A model generated the notes under the pieces. It was not told the origin of the DNA and searched no databases. It saw only the letters and a list, made by a program, of their open reading frames with translations. A stretch of DNA of 32,000 bases, from assembly GCF_000022265.1 (NCBI RefSeq), contig NC_011979.1, positions 2,880,001 through 2,912,000 of the forward strand, read 5' to 3'. This document shows positions 8,974 through 18,959 of the stretch, piece by piece. Origin of the DNA: Geotalea daltonii FRC-32. GTDB lineage: Bacteria; Desulfobacterota; Desulfuromonadia; Geobacterales; Geobacteraceae. The translations under genes were made by a program, and so were the position numbers. The number at the start of each line of letters is the position of its first letter. Within the stretch, counting starts at the first letter, position 1.

Positions 8974-10359
8974 TCAGCAGATCTGTTCTGCAATATGTCT
9001 TTTCAGCTTGGCGAATGCCCGGTAATTTTCCTCCATGAGGATCGCCTCAGGATTGCCGGTGGTTATGGGGTGAACAAAAAGAAATGCATCTCGCAAGGTT
9101 TCCCCATATCCTCTCAAAGTGTCCAAGGGAGGGGCCAATTCTCCAGGTTGATACGCCTTGCTGGACATGGGCAGGCCGCTGAGATCGAAACGATGGCACT
9201 CAACTTCAGTCCCCCTACCTGCGGAGACCGGCTTGAAGGCAAAGGCGGATTCCTTTATGGTGTCCTGCAGCATCAGCCGTACCGGGTCATCTGCCGGCAG
9301 CCCCTGTGGCAGATTATAAATGGACGACAGCAGGAAACGTGAGAAGCATCTTTCTTCCATAAAACCTGCATCACTTCCGTCGGATGTCTCATAAAAATAG
9401 GTAATGCCGCTTTTTGCTTGGCTGGATGGGCTGCCGCACATTATGCAGTGAGATTTGACGCCGCTCAGCCGAGCAAAAAATTCCTCTTTCTTGCGGGTGT
9501 CTTCAGCGGTGAGCCATTGATGGAAGAGCTGTGACCGTGGTTCGGTGGTGGCATTCATTTCCTGGAGCACACTTCTGGCCAGTTGGGTAAACTGGCTGTA
9601 AACGTCGGTACTGCGGGCATGGGTCAGGATCGGATAAATCTTGCCCTCCGGATTGGTGTTGAGACCTTCGACCTTGGGGCTTTTGGATATATAGGTATCG
9701 TGGCAGCGGTAACCGCGGTTAATGGCGTAGGCCTTGAGGAGTGTCTTCTGATCGCTGAACATCCCTTCGAATTTCACCCTCTCATCCACCAGGCAGGGGA
9801 TCAGGGAAAGGGTCTTCTTGTCCATGCCACGTTTATCGAAGAGGTCGAAGATGTTGCGGCAGTTTTCCATGCTGGCCATGTCCTTGATGGGAATGATCAC
9901 CTGGTCGGCTGCAAAGAGCGCATTCTGAGTAAGTATGTCCAGGTCAGGCCTGGTATCGATGATCAAGACGCCTGAGATGCCGGAAGATGCCAAAAGCCTT
10001 GCCAGAACCATGGGACCTTTCATCGAGCTTTTCAGGCCGGAGAGTGCGCCGGAAGAGGGTATGTAACTGACCCCATACTGCCCCGTGTGAAGCAGGTCTA
10101 AACCAGGCGTTTCAAGGAGCAGGTCGGAGACATCCTTATCCTGTTTCTGTCCCTTGATGGCGAACATCTTGTCTATGGTGAAGTGATTGTCGAAGGAGAA
10201 AATGGAAACGGGCAGGTTTTCATCCAGTGCCTTAAGGAATATGGCCAGGTTTGTCGCCAGGGTGGTCTTGCCGACCCCCCCTTTTTCCGAAGATATGGTG
10301 ATTACATATGGATAGTTTTTCATGGCGGCATCATACAATGAAGCTATTCCCATGGTCAA
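8974..10359 (-). CDS. ParA/MinD-like P-loop ATPase fused to a ~190-aa uncharacterised C-terminal domain
   Basis: This is the only minus-strand gene in the window. The deviant Walker A SSEKGGVGKTTLATNL and the Walker B-like VLIIDTRPD are present. Coordinates are the maximal ORF (TTG 10359). ATG 10353 or ATG 10323 (MKNYPYVITISSEKGG) are more ParA-typical starts. Confidence 0.8.
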   Translation of the reverse strand: MTMGIASLYDAAMKNYPYVITISSEKGGVGKTTLATNLAIFLKALDENLPVSIFSFDNHFTIDKMFAIKGQKQDKDVSDLLLETPGLDLLHTGQYGVSYIPSSGALSGLKSSMKGPMVLARLLASSGISGVLIIDTRPDLDILTQNALFAADQVIIPIKDMASMENCRNIFDLFDKRGMDKKTLSLIPCLVDERVKFEGMFSDQKTLLKAYAINRGYRCHDTYISKSPKVEGLNTNPEGKIYPILTHARSTDVYSQFTQLARSVLQEMNATTEPRSQLFHQWLTAEDTRKKEEFFARLSGVKSHCIMCGSPSSQAKSGITYFYETSDGSDAGFMEERCFSRFLLSSIYNLPQGLPADDPVRLMLQDTIKESAFAFKPVSAGRGTEVECHRFDLSGLPMSSKAYQPGELAPPLDTLRGYGETLRDAFLFVHPITTGNPEAILMEENYRAFAKLKRHIAEQIC

Positions 10360-10367
10360 CCGGTAGT

Positions 10368-10396
10368 TTGACAGGCTATGGCGCCTATGGTAGAAA
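10368..10396 (+). promoter_or_regulatory. Putative sigma70 promoter of xseA
   Basis: TTGACA (10368-10373), 17-nt spacer, TAGAAA (10391-10396), 29 nt upstream of the xseA start in the 65-bp divergent intergenic region. Confidence 0.5.
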
Positions 10397-10424
10397 CAGC
10401 TGTGAGTAAGGGAACACAGGGGGC

Positions 10425-11765
10425 GTGGTGCTTTTTGCCGAAAAGAATATTCTTAGCGTAAGTCAGCTGACCGGACTCGTCCGCAACGTGCTGGAGGATA
10501 ATTTTGATCATGTCTGGGTGGAAGGGGAAGTATCAAACCTTGCCACGCCGGGTTCCGGCCATCTGTACTTCACGCTGAAGGATGCATCTGCACAGCTCCG
10601 CTGCGTCATGTTTCGCGCTTCTGTCCGCGCTCTGAAATTCAAGCCCAGCGATGGTATGGGGCTTATTGCCCGCGGCCGGCTCTCGGTCTTCGACGCACGT
10701 GGGGAGTACCAGCTTATTGTGGAATACCTGGAACCGAAAGGTATTGGCGCTCTGCAGCTCGCATTCATCCAGCTAAAGGAGCGATTGGCCAAGGAAGGAC
10801 TTTTTTCCGATTCACACAAGAAAGATATACCCAGACTGCCCCAGCGCATAGGTATTGTGACCTCGGCCACCGGTGCGGCTATCCATGACATTCTGAACGT
10901 ACTGAACCGACGTTTTGCCAACGTGCAGGTACTGCTCAGGCCGGTGAAGGTTCAAGGTGAAGGAGCTGCCGAAGAAATAGCAGCTGCCGTGAACGATTTA
11001 AACAGATATGGAAGCATAGATGTCATGATCGTCGGTCGTGGCGGAGGTTCACTGGAAGACCTGTGGGCCTTCAACGAAGAGATCGTGGCGCGTGCCATCT
11101 ATCGATCCTCGATTCCTGTAATTTCTGCCGTAGGCCATGAGATAGATTTTACCATATCAGATTTCGTTGCCGACTTGCGTGCCCCTACGCCATCCGCAGC
11201 GGCGGAGATGGTGATAAAAAGCAAAGCGGAAATCTCTGCCGAACTGGAGGCATTGTTCCACCGCCTGGGAATGGCCGTTCGCCGACTGCTCAATGAACAT
11301 TGGGGGGAGCTCAATGGCTTGGTCCGTGCTGTCAAGGATCCATCGATGCTCCTTGGCCATCTGGCCCAGCGGCTTGATGACCTGGAAGGCAGATCATGGC
11401 GCTGCATTCGTCAGTTGCTGATCAGAAGCGCCGACACAAATCATTTTCTTCATGACCGCCTTCGTCTGCAAAACCCTGTCCTGCGGTTGGAGCGATGCCG
11501 GGAGCAGCTCCTTCTTGTGCAGTCCAGGATCGAAAAGACCATGATGCATACTGTCGAGCGGGCGGGGCAGTCCCTTGCCTTCAATGCCGGCAAGCTTCAG
11601 GCACTTTCACCTTTGGCCACCATGGCCCGTGGTTATTCTATCGTGAAAAAGCTTCCGGGTGGTGCGGTGGTAACCGATCGGGACCAACTGGCCCCCGGCG
11701 ATTCCCTGGATATATTGCTCAGAAAAGGACGCGCTATCTGTCGAGTGGAGTGCACCCATGACTGA
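10425..11765 (+). CDS. xseA: Exodeoxyribonuclease VII large subunit
   Basis: 446 aa with a GTG start. The N-terminal OB fold is [28 protein letters not shown]. The catalytic core [15 protein letters not shown]...[17 protein letters not shown] is diagnostic for XseA. Confidence 0.95.
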   Translation: MVLFAEKNILSVSQLTGLVRNVLEDNFDHVWVEGEVSNLATPGSGHLYFTLKDASAQLRCVMFRASVRALKFKPSDGMGLIARGRLSVFDARGEYQLIVEYLEPKGIGALQLAFIQLKERLAKEGLFSDSHKKDIPRLPQRIGIVTSATGAAIHDILNVLNRRFANVQVLLRPVKVQGEGAAEEIAAAVNDLNRYGSIDVMIVGRGGGSLEDLWAFNEEIVARAIYRSSIPVISAVGHEIDFTISDFVADLRAPTPSAAAEMVIKSKAEISAELEALFHRLGMAVRRLLNEHWGELNGLVRAVKDPSMLLGHLAQRLDDLEGRSWRCIRQLLIRSADTNHFLHDRLRLQNPVLRLERCREQLLLVQSRIEKTMMHTVERAGQSLAFNAGKLQALSPLATMARGYSIVKKLPGGAVVTDRDQLAPGDSLDILLRKGRAICRVECTHD

Positions 11766-11781
11766 CAGCGGTCATCAAACC

Positions 11782-11809
11782 TTGACTGCTTGGCACTTAT
11801 CTGTATAAT
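11782..11809 (+). promoter_or_regulatory. Strong sigma70-like internal promoter ahead of xseB-ispA-dxs
   Basis: TTGACT (11782-11787), 16-nt spacer, perfect TATAAT (11804-11809) in the 87-bp xseA-xseB spacer. Confidence 0.6.
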
Positions 11810-11852
11810 AACGCTGTTTTTCCCCAAAACTCCTGTCGGAAAGAGCTTATCC

Positions 11853-12083
11853 ATGGCCGTTGAAAAATTCGAAACCGCCCTCAAAAAATTAGAAGAGGTA
11901 GTGAAGAAACTGGAAGGTGGAGAGCTCTCCCTTGAAGACTCGCTTAAAGCCTTTGAGGAAGGGATCAAGCAGGCAGCTTTTTGCTCGAAGAAACTCAATG
12001 AAGCAGAAAAACGGGTGGAAGTCCTGCTCAAGCAGAAAGATGGCCGATTTATAACCGAACAGTTTCAGCCTGAAGATGAATGA
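11853..12083 (+). CDS. xseB: Exodeoxyribonuclease VII small subunit
   Basis: The ORF track starts at TTG 11790. ATG 11853 gives the family-typical 76-aa protein MAVEKFETALKKLEEVVKKLEGGELSLEDSLKAFEEG. Confidence 0.9.
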   Translation: MAVEKFETALKKLEEVVKKLEGGELSLEDSLKAFEEGIKQAAFCSKKLNEAEKRVEVLLKQKDGRFITEQFQPEDE

Positions 12084-12118
12084 ATGTCTAATATCCCAAC
12101 GTATGAAATGAGATATGA

Positions 12119-13012
12119 ATGGATTTGAAAAGTTACCTGAAAGAACGCTGCCAGCTGGTAGATGATGCACTCAACCGATTTCTGCCCCTTGCCGATGACC
12201 TTCCTGCTTCGCTCCACAAATCAATGCGTTATTCCATCTTTGCGGGGGGGAAAAGGATCCGCCCCATACTGATGCTCGCTGCCTGTGAAGCCGTGGGAGG
12301 GAATATATCCCAGGCCATGCCTGCCGCCTGTGCCATGGAGATGATTCACACCTATTCACTGATACATGACGACCTGCCTGCCATGGACGATGATGATTTT
12401 CGTCGCGGCAATCCCACCAACCACAAGGTTTTCGGCGAGGCCGTAGCCATTCTTGCCGGAGATGCCCTTCTTACCGAGGCATTCATACTGCTCAGCAATC
12501 TGGCAGCGGCCCCAACTGTCCCGCCAGCTGCACTGGTCCAGGTAATTCAGGAAATTTCCTGCTGCGCCGGATCAAGAGGGATGGTTGGCGGACAGGTGGT
12601 TGACATGGAGAGCGAGGGCAATGCCGAGATAGATCTGGCGACAGTCCAGTACATTCACACCCATAAGACCGGCGCATTGATCAAAGCTTCGGTCAAGTCC
12701 GGGGCGCTGCTTGGCGGTGCAAGCAGCAAGGACGCCGAAAGTCTCACCCGTTACGGTGAGGCTATAGGGCTGGCTTTCCAGATTGCCGATGATATCCTCG
12801 ACATTGAGGGAACCACTGAGGAGATCGGTAAGGACGCCGGCAGTGACGAAGCCAGGGGAAAGGCGACCTATCCCGCTGTGATGGGCTTGGCAGAAGCCAA
12901 AATACGTGCTGCGGAACTGGTGGACATCGCCCTTGATGCCCTGTCTGCTTTTGATGGAAAAGCGGATCCCTTACGTGAAATTGCATCTTACATCGTGAAA
13001 CGGAAGTCCTGA
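12119..13012 (+). CDS. ispA: (2E,6E)-farnesyl diphosphate synthase / polyprenyl synthetase
   Basis: FARM is [17 protein letters not shown] and SARM is FQIADDILD. It lies in the conserved xseB-ispA-dxs order. Confidence 0.92.
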   Translation: MDLKSYLKERCQLVDDALNRFLPLADDLPASLHKSMRYSIFAGGKRIRPILMLAACEAVGGNISQAMPAACAMEMIHTYSLIHDDLPAMDDDDFRRGNPTNHKVFGEAVAILAGDALLTEAFILLSNLAAAPTVPPAALVQVIQEISCCAGSRGMVGGQVVDMESEGNAEIDLATVQYIHTHKTGALIKASVKSGALLGGASSKDAESLTRYGEAIGLAFQIADDILDIEGTTEEIGKDAGSDEARGKATYPAVMGLAEAKIRAAELVDIALDALSAFDGKADPLREIASYIVKRKS

Positions 13013-14886
13013 TGGCTGGTTTACTAGAGACAATCAGCGGTCCTGAATCACTGAGGAAACTTTCGCTCAGAGAATTGAATATCCTGGCCGGTGAACTGCG
13101 TGAAGTCATTATCAGCACTTGTTCCGGCAATGGCGGGCACTTGGCGCCCAGTCTCGGGGTTATCGAGCTTACCATTGCTCTGCACGCTGTCTTTAACAGT
13201 CCTAATGATAAAATAGTGTGGGATGTGGGACATCAGGCGTATGCACACAAACTGCTGACCGGTCGCCGTGAACGGTTCGGCACCCTGCGCCGGTTGGGAG
13301 GCATAAGCGGGTTTCCCAAGCGCTGCGAGTCACCACATGATGCTTTCGATGTGGGACATTCTTCCACTTCCATCTCCGCTGCCCTCGGCATGGCCTTGGC
13401 CCGTGACCTGAAACGGGAGAAAAACAAGGTGCTGGCCGTTATCGGTGACGGCTCCATGACCGGCGGACTTGCCTATGAGGGGCTCAATCACGCCGGACAC
13501 CTTAACCGGGATATGGTGGTGATTCTCAACGACAACGAGATGTCCATCTCCGAAAACGTCGGAGCCCTTTCAAGCTTCCTCAGCCGGACCATCACCAGCG
13601 AATTTGTCCATAAGATCAAGAAGGATGTGGAGGGATTCCTGGAAAATATGGACGGTCTTGGCCGTGGCGTTCTGCAGGTGGCGAAGAGGGCGGAGGAAAG
13701 TCTTAAGGGGCTTTTTACCCCCGGCATGCTCTTTGAGGCCTTCGGCTTCGAATATGTGGGGCCCATCGATGGCCACAATATCGAACTGCTCATGCAGACC
13801 CTGGAGAACGTCAAGCGTTTCGACGATGCAGTGCTGATACATGTATTGACCAGGAAGGGGAAGGGTTACGGTCCTGCCGAAACCAATCCGTCCCTTTTCC
13901 ATGGGGTCGGGCCTTTCGATGTGACCAGCGGCAAGGTTGCCAAGGGGAAAGGGGGGGCAGCCTCCTATACCTTTCTCTTCGGTGAGGCTCTGAACAAGAT
14001 AGCCAATGACAATGAAAAAGTCGTTGCCATTACCGCTGCCATGCCCGATGGTACCGGACTTTCGGCCTTTGCCGCCAAGCATCCAGACCGTTTTTTCGAT
14101 GTGGGGATTGCAGAACAGCATGGTGTCACCTTTGCCGCGGGTCTTGCCGGCCGTGGATTAAAGCCGGTGTTTGCCGTTTACTCCTCTTTCCTGCAAAGGG
14201 CCTATGACCAGATATTCCACGACGTCTGCCTGCAGAACCTGCCGGTGGTTTTCGCCATCGACAGGGCAGGAGTGGTGGGCAGTGACGGCCCTACCCATCA
14301 TGGGGTCTTCGATCTGTCATACCTGCGTTCCTTTCCCCAGATGACCCTGATGGCGCCCAAGGATGAAAACGAATTGCAGCACATGCTCTATACGGCCATC
14401 AATCATGATGGTCCTTCGGCCGTTCGCTATCCGCGCGGCAATGGTCATGGAGTTGCCATTGATCAGGAGTTCAGGGAAATAGCCATAGGGCAAGGAGAGA
14501 TTCTCCGTGATGGTGGCGATGTTGCCATCCTGGCCCTTGGCACCATGGTTTATCCGTCCATGGAGGCAGCCGATCTCCTTGCTGTCGAAGGCCTGAATGT
14601 GGCGGTAGCCAACATGCGCTATGTAAAGCCCATTGACAGGGAGCTTGTCCTTACATTGGCTGCCAAGGTCGGTAGACTGGTAACAGTTGAGGAAAATGCC
14701 TTGCAAGGCGGCTTTGGTGCAGCCGTTCTTGAGGTGCTCGAAGAGGAAGGACTGAGCCACTTGCCAGTCACCCGGATTGGCTATCCCGACTGTTTTATTG
14801 AACAGGGTGAACAATCTGAGTTACGGATCCGGTATGGACTGGATTCCACCGGAATTGCCAAAAGCATTAAGGGAAGTATGCTGTAG
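13012..14886 (+). CDS. dxs: 1-deoxy-D-xylulose-5-phosphate synthase
   Basis: 624 aa. The start overlaps the ispA stop (TGATG). The sequence shows [10 protein letters not shown], a ThDP motif GDGSMTGG...NDN, and DVGIAEQH. Confidence 0.96.
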   Translation: MAGLLETISGPESLRKLSLRELNILAGELREVIISTCSGNGGHLAPSLGVIELTIALHAVFNSPNDKIVWDVGHQAYAHKLLTGRRERFGTLRRLGGISGFPKRCESPHDAFDVGHSSTSISAALGMALARDLKREKNKVLAVIGDGSMTGGLAYEGLNHAGHLNRDMVVILNDNEMSISENVGALSSFLSRTITSEFVHKIKKDVEGFLENMDGLGRGVLQVAKRAEESLKGLFTPGMLFEAFGFEYVGPIDGHNIELLMQTLENVKRFDDAVLIHVLTRKGKGYGPAETNPSLFHGVGPFDVTSGKVAKGKGGAASYTFLFGEALNKIANDNEKVVAITAAMPDGTGLSAFAAKHPDRFFDVGIAEQHGVTFAAGLAGRGLKPVFAVYSSFLQRAYDQIFHDVCLQNLPVVFAIDRAGVVGSDGPTHHGVFDLSYLRSFPQMTLMAPKDENELQHMLYTAINHDGPSAVRYPRGNGHGVAIDQEFREIAIGQGEILRDGGDVAILALGTMVYPSMEAADLLAVEGLNVAVANMRYVKPIDRELVLTLAAKVGRLVTVEENALQGGFGAAVLEVLEEEGLSHLPVTRIGYPDCFIEQGEQSELRIRYGLDSTGIAKSIKGSML

Positions 14887-14893
14887 CAGTGAG

Positions 14894-14919
14894 AGCCGGG
14901 CCATGCCCGGCTTTTTTTT
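14894..14919 (+). terminator. Rho-independent terminator after dxs
   Basis: Stem AGCCGGGC (14894-14901) / GCCCGGCT (14905-14912) with a 3-nt loop, followed by a run of 8 T. Confidence 0.9.
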
Positions 14920-14954
14920 CATCTTTCGTTAAATTTTGAGTTAACGAGGCTGTC

Positions 14955-16217
14955 ATGCAAAAAATGACCTTTGCCTGTTTGTCCGTTGTATGTCTACTTG
15001 CTTTTCTTTTTTGGCCCATTCCTTCCTGGGCCGACGATCCTTTGATCCGCAATGATTATGCACTCGAGTTGTTGAATGCGGGGGAATACGAAAAAGCCCT
15101 TGAACAGCTGCAGAAGGCTTTTTCTTTCTACCCCTACGACGAGACATTGCGCAAGAACCTGGCTGTGGCCTACATGTATATGGGTAAAAAAGAGCTTGAA
15201 AACAATCGCTATCTGGAGGCTGCCGAAAATTTTGACCATGCGCGAGAACTTTCCCCAGGAAATTCCACCTACGGAATGATGCGCGGAATAGCATTTTACC
15301 TGGCAAAGAACTATGATGCTTCAAAATTCGAACTGCGCAGAGCCATTGATGACGGCAACAGGACCACCGACATTTACTATTTCCTCGGGCGTGCCCATTA
15401 TGATTCCGGTGAGCTGGAATCAGCCGTAGAAAGCCTGGTCAAGGCCCAAGAGCTTGAACCAGGCAATAAAGTTGTGGCTGACCTTCTGGAGAAGATCCGT
15501 AGGGAGGTCACTGTCGAGTCAAAGATGGGCAAAGGGCACAGCTCTAAATTCGAGATATCCTATGATACGGAGGCTACCTCCAGTCTGGCTGATGCAGTTC
15601 TCGATGCACTGGAGACAGCCTATAATCAGGTAGGTTCGGACCTTGATTATTTTCCTTCAGCACGGATACCGGTCATCCTCTATACAAAGAAGGACTATCG
15701 ACTGGTAACCTCAAGTCCGGAATGGTCGGGAGGGCTTTATGACGGCAAAATCCGTCTCCCCATAGGTGGGGCGGCGGAACTTACTCCACAACTCAAAGCA
15801 ATTTTATTCCATGAGTACACTCACGTTGTCGTCAATGAGCTTGCAAGGGGCAATGTTCCCACATGGTTAAATGAAGGACTTGCCGAGTATGAAGGGCGAA
15901 GGGAGTATAATCCCCCTATGGCTGAGCTGGGAGGGGTAGCAAAAATCGGCAGTTACCTGCCGTTCTCTTCCCTTGAAGGCTCTTTTGGAGGTCTGAGCAG
16001 CAAACAGGCTTCACTGGCATACCAACAGAGCTACTCCCTGGTCAACTACATGATCGGCGCCTATGGCTGGTTCAATGTGAAAGAGATTCTGGTGAATCTC
16101 GGCAGGAGGATATCTGTAGACGCCGCTTTAAGTAAAGCCCTGGGTGGTTTTGCCATGGATTATGCCGGCATGGTGCGGGAATGGCAAAACTACATGCGGA
16201 AGGAATTCGGCAGGTGA
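14955..16217 (+). CDS. Secreted TPR-repeat protein with C-terminal peptidase-MA (gluzincin-like) domain
   Basis: The signal peptide is MQKMTFACLSVVCLLAFLFWPIPSWA. TPR repeats occupy the N-terminal half. The zinc motif is HEYTHVV followed by NEGLAEYEG. Confidence 0.75.
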   Translation: MQKMTFACLSVVCLLAFLFWPIPSWADDPLIRNDYALELLNAGEYEKALEQLQKAFSFYPYDETLRKNLAVAYMYMGKKELENNRYLEAAENFDHARELSPGNSTYGMMRGIAFYLAKNYDASKFELRRAIDDGNRTTDIYYFLGRAHYDSGELESAVESLVKAQELEPGNKVVADLLEKIRREVTVESKMGKGHSSKFEISYDTEATSSLADAVLDALETAYNQVGSDLDYFPSARIPVILYTKKDYRLVTSSPEWSGGLYDGKIRLPIGGAAELTPQLKAILFHEYTHVVVNELARGNVPTWLNEGLAEYEGRREYNPPMAELGGVAKIGSYLPFSSLEGSFGGLSSKQASLAYQQSYSLVNYMIGAYGWFNVKEILVNLGRRISVDAALSKALGGFAMDYAGMVREWQNYMRKEFGR

Positions 16218-16252
16218 ACGTGACCAAGAGGTGGTTCCCTGGAATCTTTTCC

Positions 16253-16281
16253 TTGACAGGGGAGCAGACTTTGACTATAAA
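16253..16281 (+). promoter_or_regulatory. Putative sigma70 promoter of the Rrf2 regulator gene
   Basis: TTGACA (16253-16258), 17-nt spacer, TATAAA (16276-16281), 30 nt upstream of ATG 16312. Confidence 0.6.
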
Positions 16282-16311
16282 AAGACAAAACTGGTCCTAA
16301 AGGTTGTTTTG

Positions 16312-16725
16312 ATGATGGAGTTGACCCGCAAGGGAGAATATGCAATCAGGGGCATCATTTATCTGGCCCAGCAGTCCCCGGGCAAGGTCTCTCTCATAAG
16401 CGAGATTGCTTTGGCCACCGATGTGCCCCAGACATTTCTCGCCAAAATTTTTCAGAGCTTTGCCAAGCTGGGTATAATAAATTCATCCCGTGGCACCGGG
16501 GGCGGGTTTGTTCTGGGACGCCCTGCTTCTTCCATAACCCTCCGCCAGGTGGTCGAAGCCGTTGAAGGCCCGATCATTCCCAACCGCTGTCTTATGGATA
16601 GCGGCGCATGCGACAGGGGAGGGTACTGCAATGTGCATAATGTGTGGAGAACCGTACAAAGTAATGTGATAGGGATTCTGGATAGCGTGACCATCGAGGA
16701 ACTGGCAAAGCCGAGGGCAAGCTAA
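16312..16725 (+). CDS. Rrf2/IscR-family transcriptional regulator with three-Cys cluster-ligand motif
   Basis: The ORF track begins at GTG 16144, inside the upstream gene. The family-typical start is MMELTRKGEYAIRGIIYLA at 16312. A winged HTH is present, then C-X7-C-X5-C (CLMDSGACDRGGYC). Confidence 0.85.
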   Translation: MMELTRKGEYAIRGIIYLAQQSPGKVSLISEIALATDVPQTFLAKIFQSFAKLGIINSSRGTGGGFVLGRPASSITLRQVVEAVEGPIIPNRCLMDSGACDRGGYCNVHNVWRTVQSNVIGILDSVTIEELAKPRAS

Positions 16726-16772
16726 TTTTTTCGGCAACAAAAGAAAGTAAAAGGGCAGGGAATGTTAAAATA

Positions 16773-16812
16773 AGGGCCTTTTATCATGGCGAAAGGGGCC
16801 TTTTTCTTTTTT
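16773..16812 (+). terminator. Probable terminator after the Rrf2 gene
   Basis: Imperfect hairpin GGGCCTTT...AAAGGGGCC followed by TTTTTCTTTTTT. Confidence 0.5.
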
Positions 16813-16843
16813 GCTGCTGGTTTCAGCTGCAAATACTTCTTTC

Positions 16844-16872
16844 TTGACACAGATGACATCGTTTGTTATTTT
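16844..16872 (+). promoter_or_regulatory. Putative sigma70 promoter of tig (implies a ~150-nt leader)
   Basis: TTGACA (16844-16849), 17-nt spacer, TATTTT (16867-16872). Confidence 0.45.
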
Positions 16873-17031
16873 TACAAATCCATTTTTAGGTGTGTAGGTA
16901 GCTTTAAAGCCCATCAAGAGGGGTTCGATAACCATCCTAAAAAATTCTGCTCCTGTTTTTCCCGCCAAATATCCATGTCTGAACCATGGCAGTGATCCTG
17001 CCTGTTAATTACCTGATAAGAGAGGAATAAA

Positions 17032-18339
17032 ATGCAGATCAGTGTCGAATCGTTAAGTTCTGTGAAAAAAAAGATCAATTTTGAGATCCCGGCAGCGCGG
17101 GTTGCTTCAGAGGTGGAAAAAGTCTATGACGAAATCAGAAAACATGCCGCCATCAAAGGCTTCCGGAAAGGCAAGGTTCCCAAAGATATAATCAAGAAGC
17201 ATTACCATGAAAAGATGGCTGATGACGTCCTGAAAAATATTGTTAACGACACTTACTTCAAAGCCTTGACTGACGAAAAGATTTACCCTGTATCATACCC
17301 GGTCATAGATAGCGATGAACTGAAAGTAGGGGAAAATTTTAAATATTCTGCAACCGTCGAAGTGTTTCCGGATGTTGAGGTTAAGGATTATGACGGGCTG
17401 GAAGTTAAAAAGGAAAAATTTGTTCTGAACGATGAGGTGGTTACTGGCCGCCTGCGGGAGATGCAGGAGAATATGGCCCATCTTGAACCTGCTGAAGCTG
17501 GTGTTGCAGCAAAAAGCGGAGATTATGTTACCTTCGATTTCAAAGGTTCCATTGATGGTGTACCCTTTGACGGTGGAGCTGCTGACGATTTCCAGCTTGA
17601 ACTTGGTTCAGGCCGTTTTATTCCCGGTTTTGAAGACCAGCTTGTGGGCATGAAATCCGGTGACGAAAGTGAAATCAAAGTGACTTTCCCTGAAAACTAC
17701 GGCCAGAAAGACCTTGCCGGTAAAGATGCCTCCTTTACCGTTAAAATAAAGGAAATCAAGGTAAAGGAACTGCCCGAGCTGAATGATGATTTTGCCAAAG
17801 ACTTCGGCGAATTCGAAACTCTTGAAGATCTGAAGAAAAAGATCGCGGAAGTGCATAATCTGCAGGAAAATGAGCGGATAGAGGCTGACCTCAGGGATCG
17901 ACTGATAAAAGCCCTCATCGAAAAAAACAGTTTCGAGGTTCCTGAAACTCTTGTTGACAAACAGCTGAATCTGATGCTTGAGAACAGCAAAAGAAGACTG
18001 GCCATGCAGCGACTTACCATTGAGATGATGGGGCTTAACGACGAGGGCTATAAAGCACAGTTTCGCAGTGCTGCCGAGACACAGGTCAAAGGTTCCATAC
18101 TGCTGGATGCACTTGCCCGCAAGGAATCCATCGAGGTCACTGCTGCTGAGGTGGATGAAAAGCTAGAGCAGATCGCTCAACAGAATAATCAGGACCTTGA
18201 GCAGGTGAACAAATTTTACCAGCAGAATGCCCAGGCAAAGGAAAATCTGAGCGCCCAGTTGAAGGAAGACAAGGCAATAGAGCTTTTATTGTCAAAAGCC
18301 ACCGTAACAGAGGTTGAGCGCAAAGAACTGGATAAATAA
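17032..18339 (+). CDS. tig: Trigger factor (ribosome-associated chaperone / FKBP-type PPIase)
   Basis: 435 aa. The sequence shows [20 protein letters not shown]...GFRKGKVP and an FKBP segment [20 protein letters not shown]. It lies in the conserved tig-clpP-clpX-lon order. Confidence 0.96.
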   Translation: MQISVESLSSVKKKINFEIPAARVASEVEKVYDEIRKHAAIKGFRKGKVPKDIIKKHYHEKMADDVLKNIVNDTYFKALTDEKIYPVSYPVIDSDELKVGENFKYSATVEVFPDVEVKDYDGLEVKKEKFVLNDEVVTGRLREMQENMAHLEPAEAGVAAKSGDYVTFDFKGSIDGVPFDGGAADDFQLELGSGRFIPGFEDQLVGMKSGDESEIKVTFPENYGQKDLAGKDASFTVKIKEIKVKELPELNDDFAKDFGEFETLEDLKKKIAEVHNLQENERIEADLRDRLIKALIEKNSFEVPETLVDKQLNLMLENSKRRLAMQRLTIEMMGLNDEGYKAQFRSAAETQVKGSILLDALARKESIEVTAAEVDEKLEQIAQQNNQDLEQVNKFYQQNAQAKENLSAQLKEDKAIELLLSKATVTEVERKELDK

Positions 18340-18359
18340 TTTTAACCCTAGGAGTTGAC

Positions 18360-18959
18360 ATGCTTGTGCCAATAGTAGTTGAGCAAACCGGAAGAGGTGA
18401 GCGGTCCTACGATATATATTCCAGACTTCTCAAAGACCGGATCATCTTTCTGGGTGGAGCAATAGATGACACTGTTTCGAATCTTGTCATTGCTCAACTC
18501 CTCTTTCTTGAAGCGGAGGACCCTGACAAGGATATCCATCTTTACATAAATTCTCCTGGTGGCGTAGTTACTGCGGGGATGGCTATTTACGATACAATGC
18601 GCTATATCAAAGCACCAGTATCAACCATCTGTGTCGGTCAGGCTGCTTCCATGGGTGCATTTCTGCTTTCTGGTGGTGAGAAGGGGAAAAGGTTCAGTCT
18701 CGCCAACTCCAGAATAATGATTCATCAGCCACTTGGTGGATTTCAGGGGCAGGCCACCGACATACATATTCATGCTCAGGAGATATTGCGCATGAAAAAG
18801 AAACTCAATGAGTTGCTGGCTGAACATAGCGGACAGACGGTGGAAAAGATCGAGGCGGATACGGAACGTGATTATTTTATGTCTGGTGAAGATGCGAAAA
18901 CCTATGGTATCATAGATTCCATAATTACCAGAAACACCATTACGGGAGGTTCCCGGTGA
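18360..18959 (+). CDS. clpP: ATP-dependent Clp protease proteolytic subunit
   Basis: The sequence shows [19 protein letters not shown], an active-site Ser in [11 protein letters not shown] and a His in IMIHQPLGG. Confidence 0.97.
   Translation: MLVPIVVEQTGRGERSYDIYSRLLKDRIIFLGGAIDDTVSNLVIAQLLFLEAEDPDKDIHLYINSPGGVVTAGMAIYDTMRYIKAPVSTICVGQAASMGAFLLSGGEKGKRFSLANSRIMIHQPLGGFQGQATDIHIHAQEILRMKKKLNELLAEHSGQTVEKIEADTERDYFMSGEDAKTYGIIDSIITRNTITGGSR

Noticed and set aside
8932-9342. A 136-aa + strand ORF opposite the C-terminal domain of the ParA-like gene; also the 130-aa ORF at 9583-9975
   Set aside because: The first starts inside the yibQ 3' end with no RBS. The minus-strand frame is continuous with a bona fide ParA ATPase domain, so the minus-strand reading is preferred.
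16144-16311. N-terminal extension of the Rrf2 ORF (GTG 16144)
   Set aside because: It overlaps the end of the upstream peptidase gene and the predicted promoter. Rrf2 proteins begin with the M.LT.KG.YA motif, found at 16312.
16765-16995. Two overlapping short ORFs (67 aa on the minus strand, 69 aa on the plus strand) in the rrf2-tig spacer
   Set aside because: One has a TTG start and the other starts inside the terminator hairpin. Neither has an RBS, the composition is odd (F/C-rich), and they overlap the predicted tig promoter. The region is better explained as non-coding regulatory sequence.
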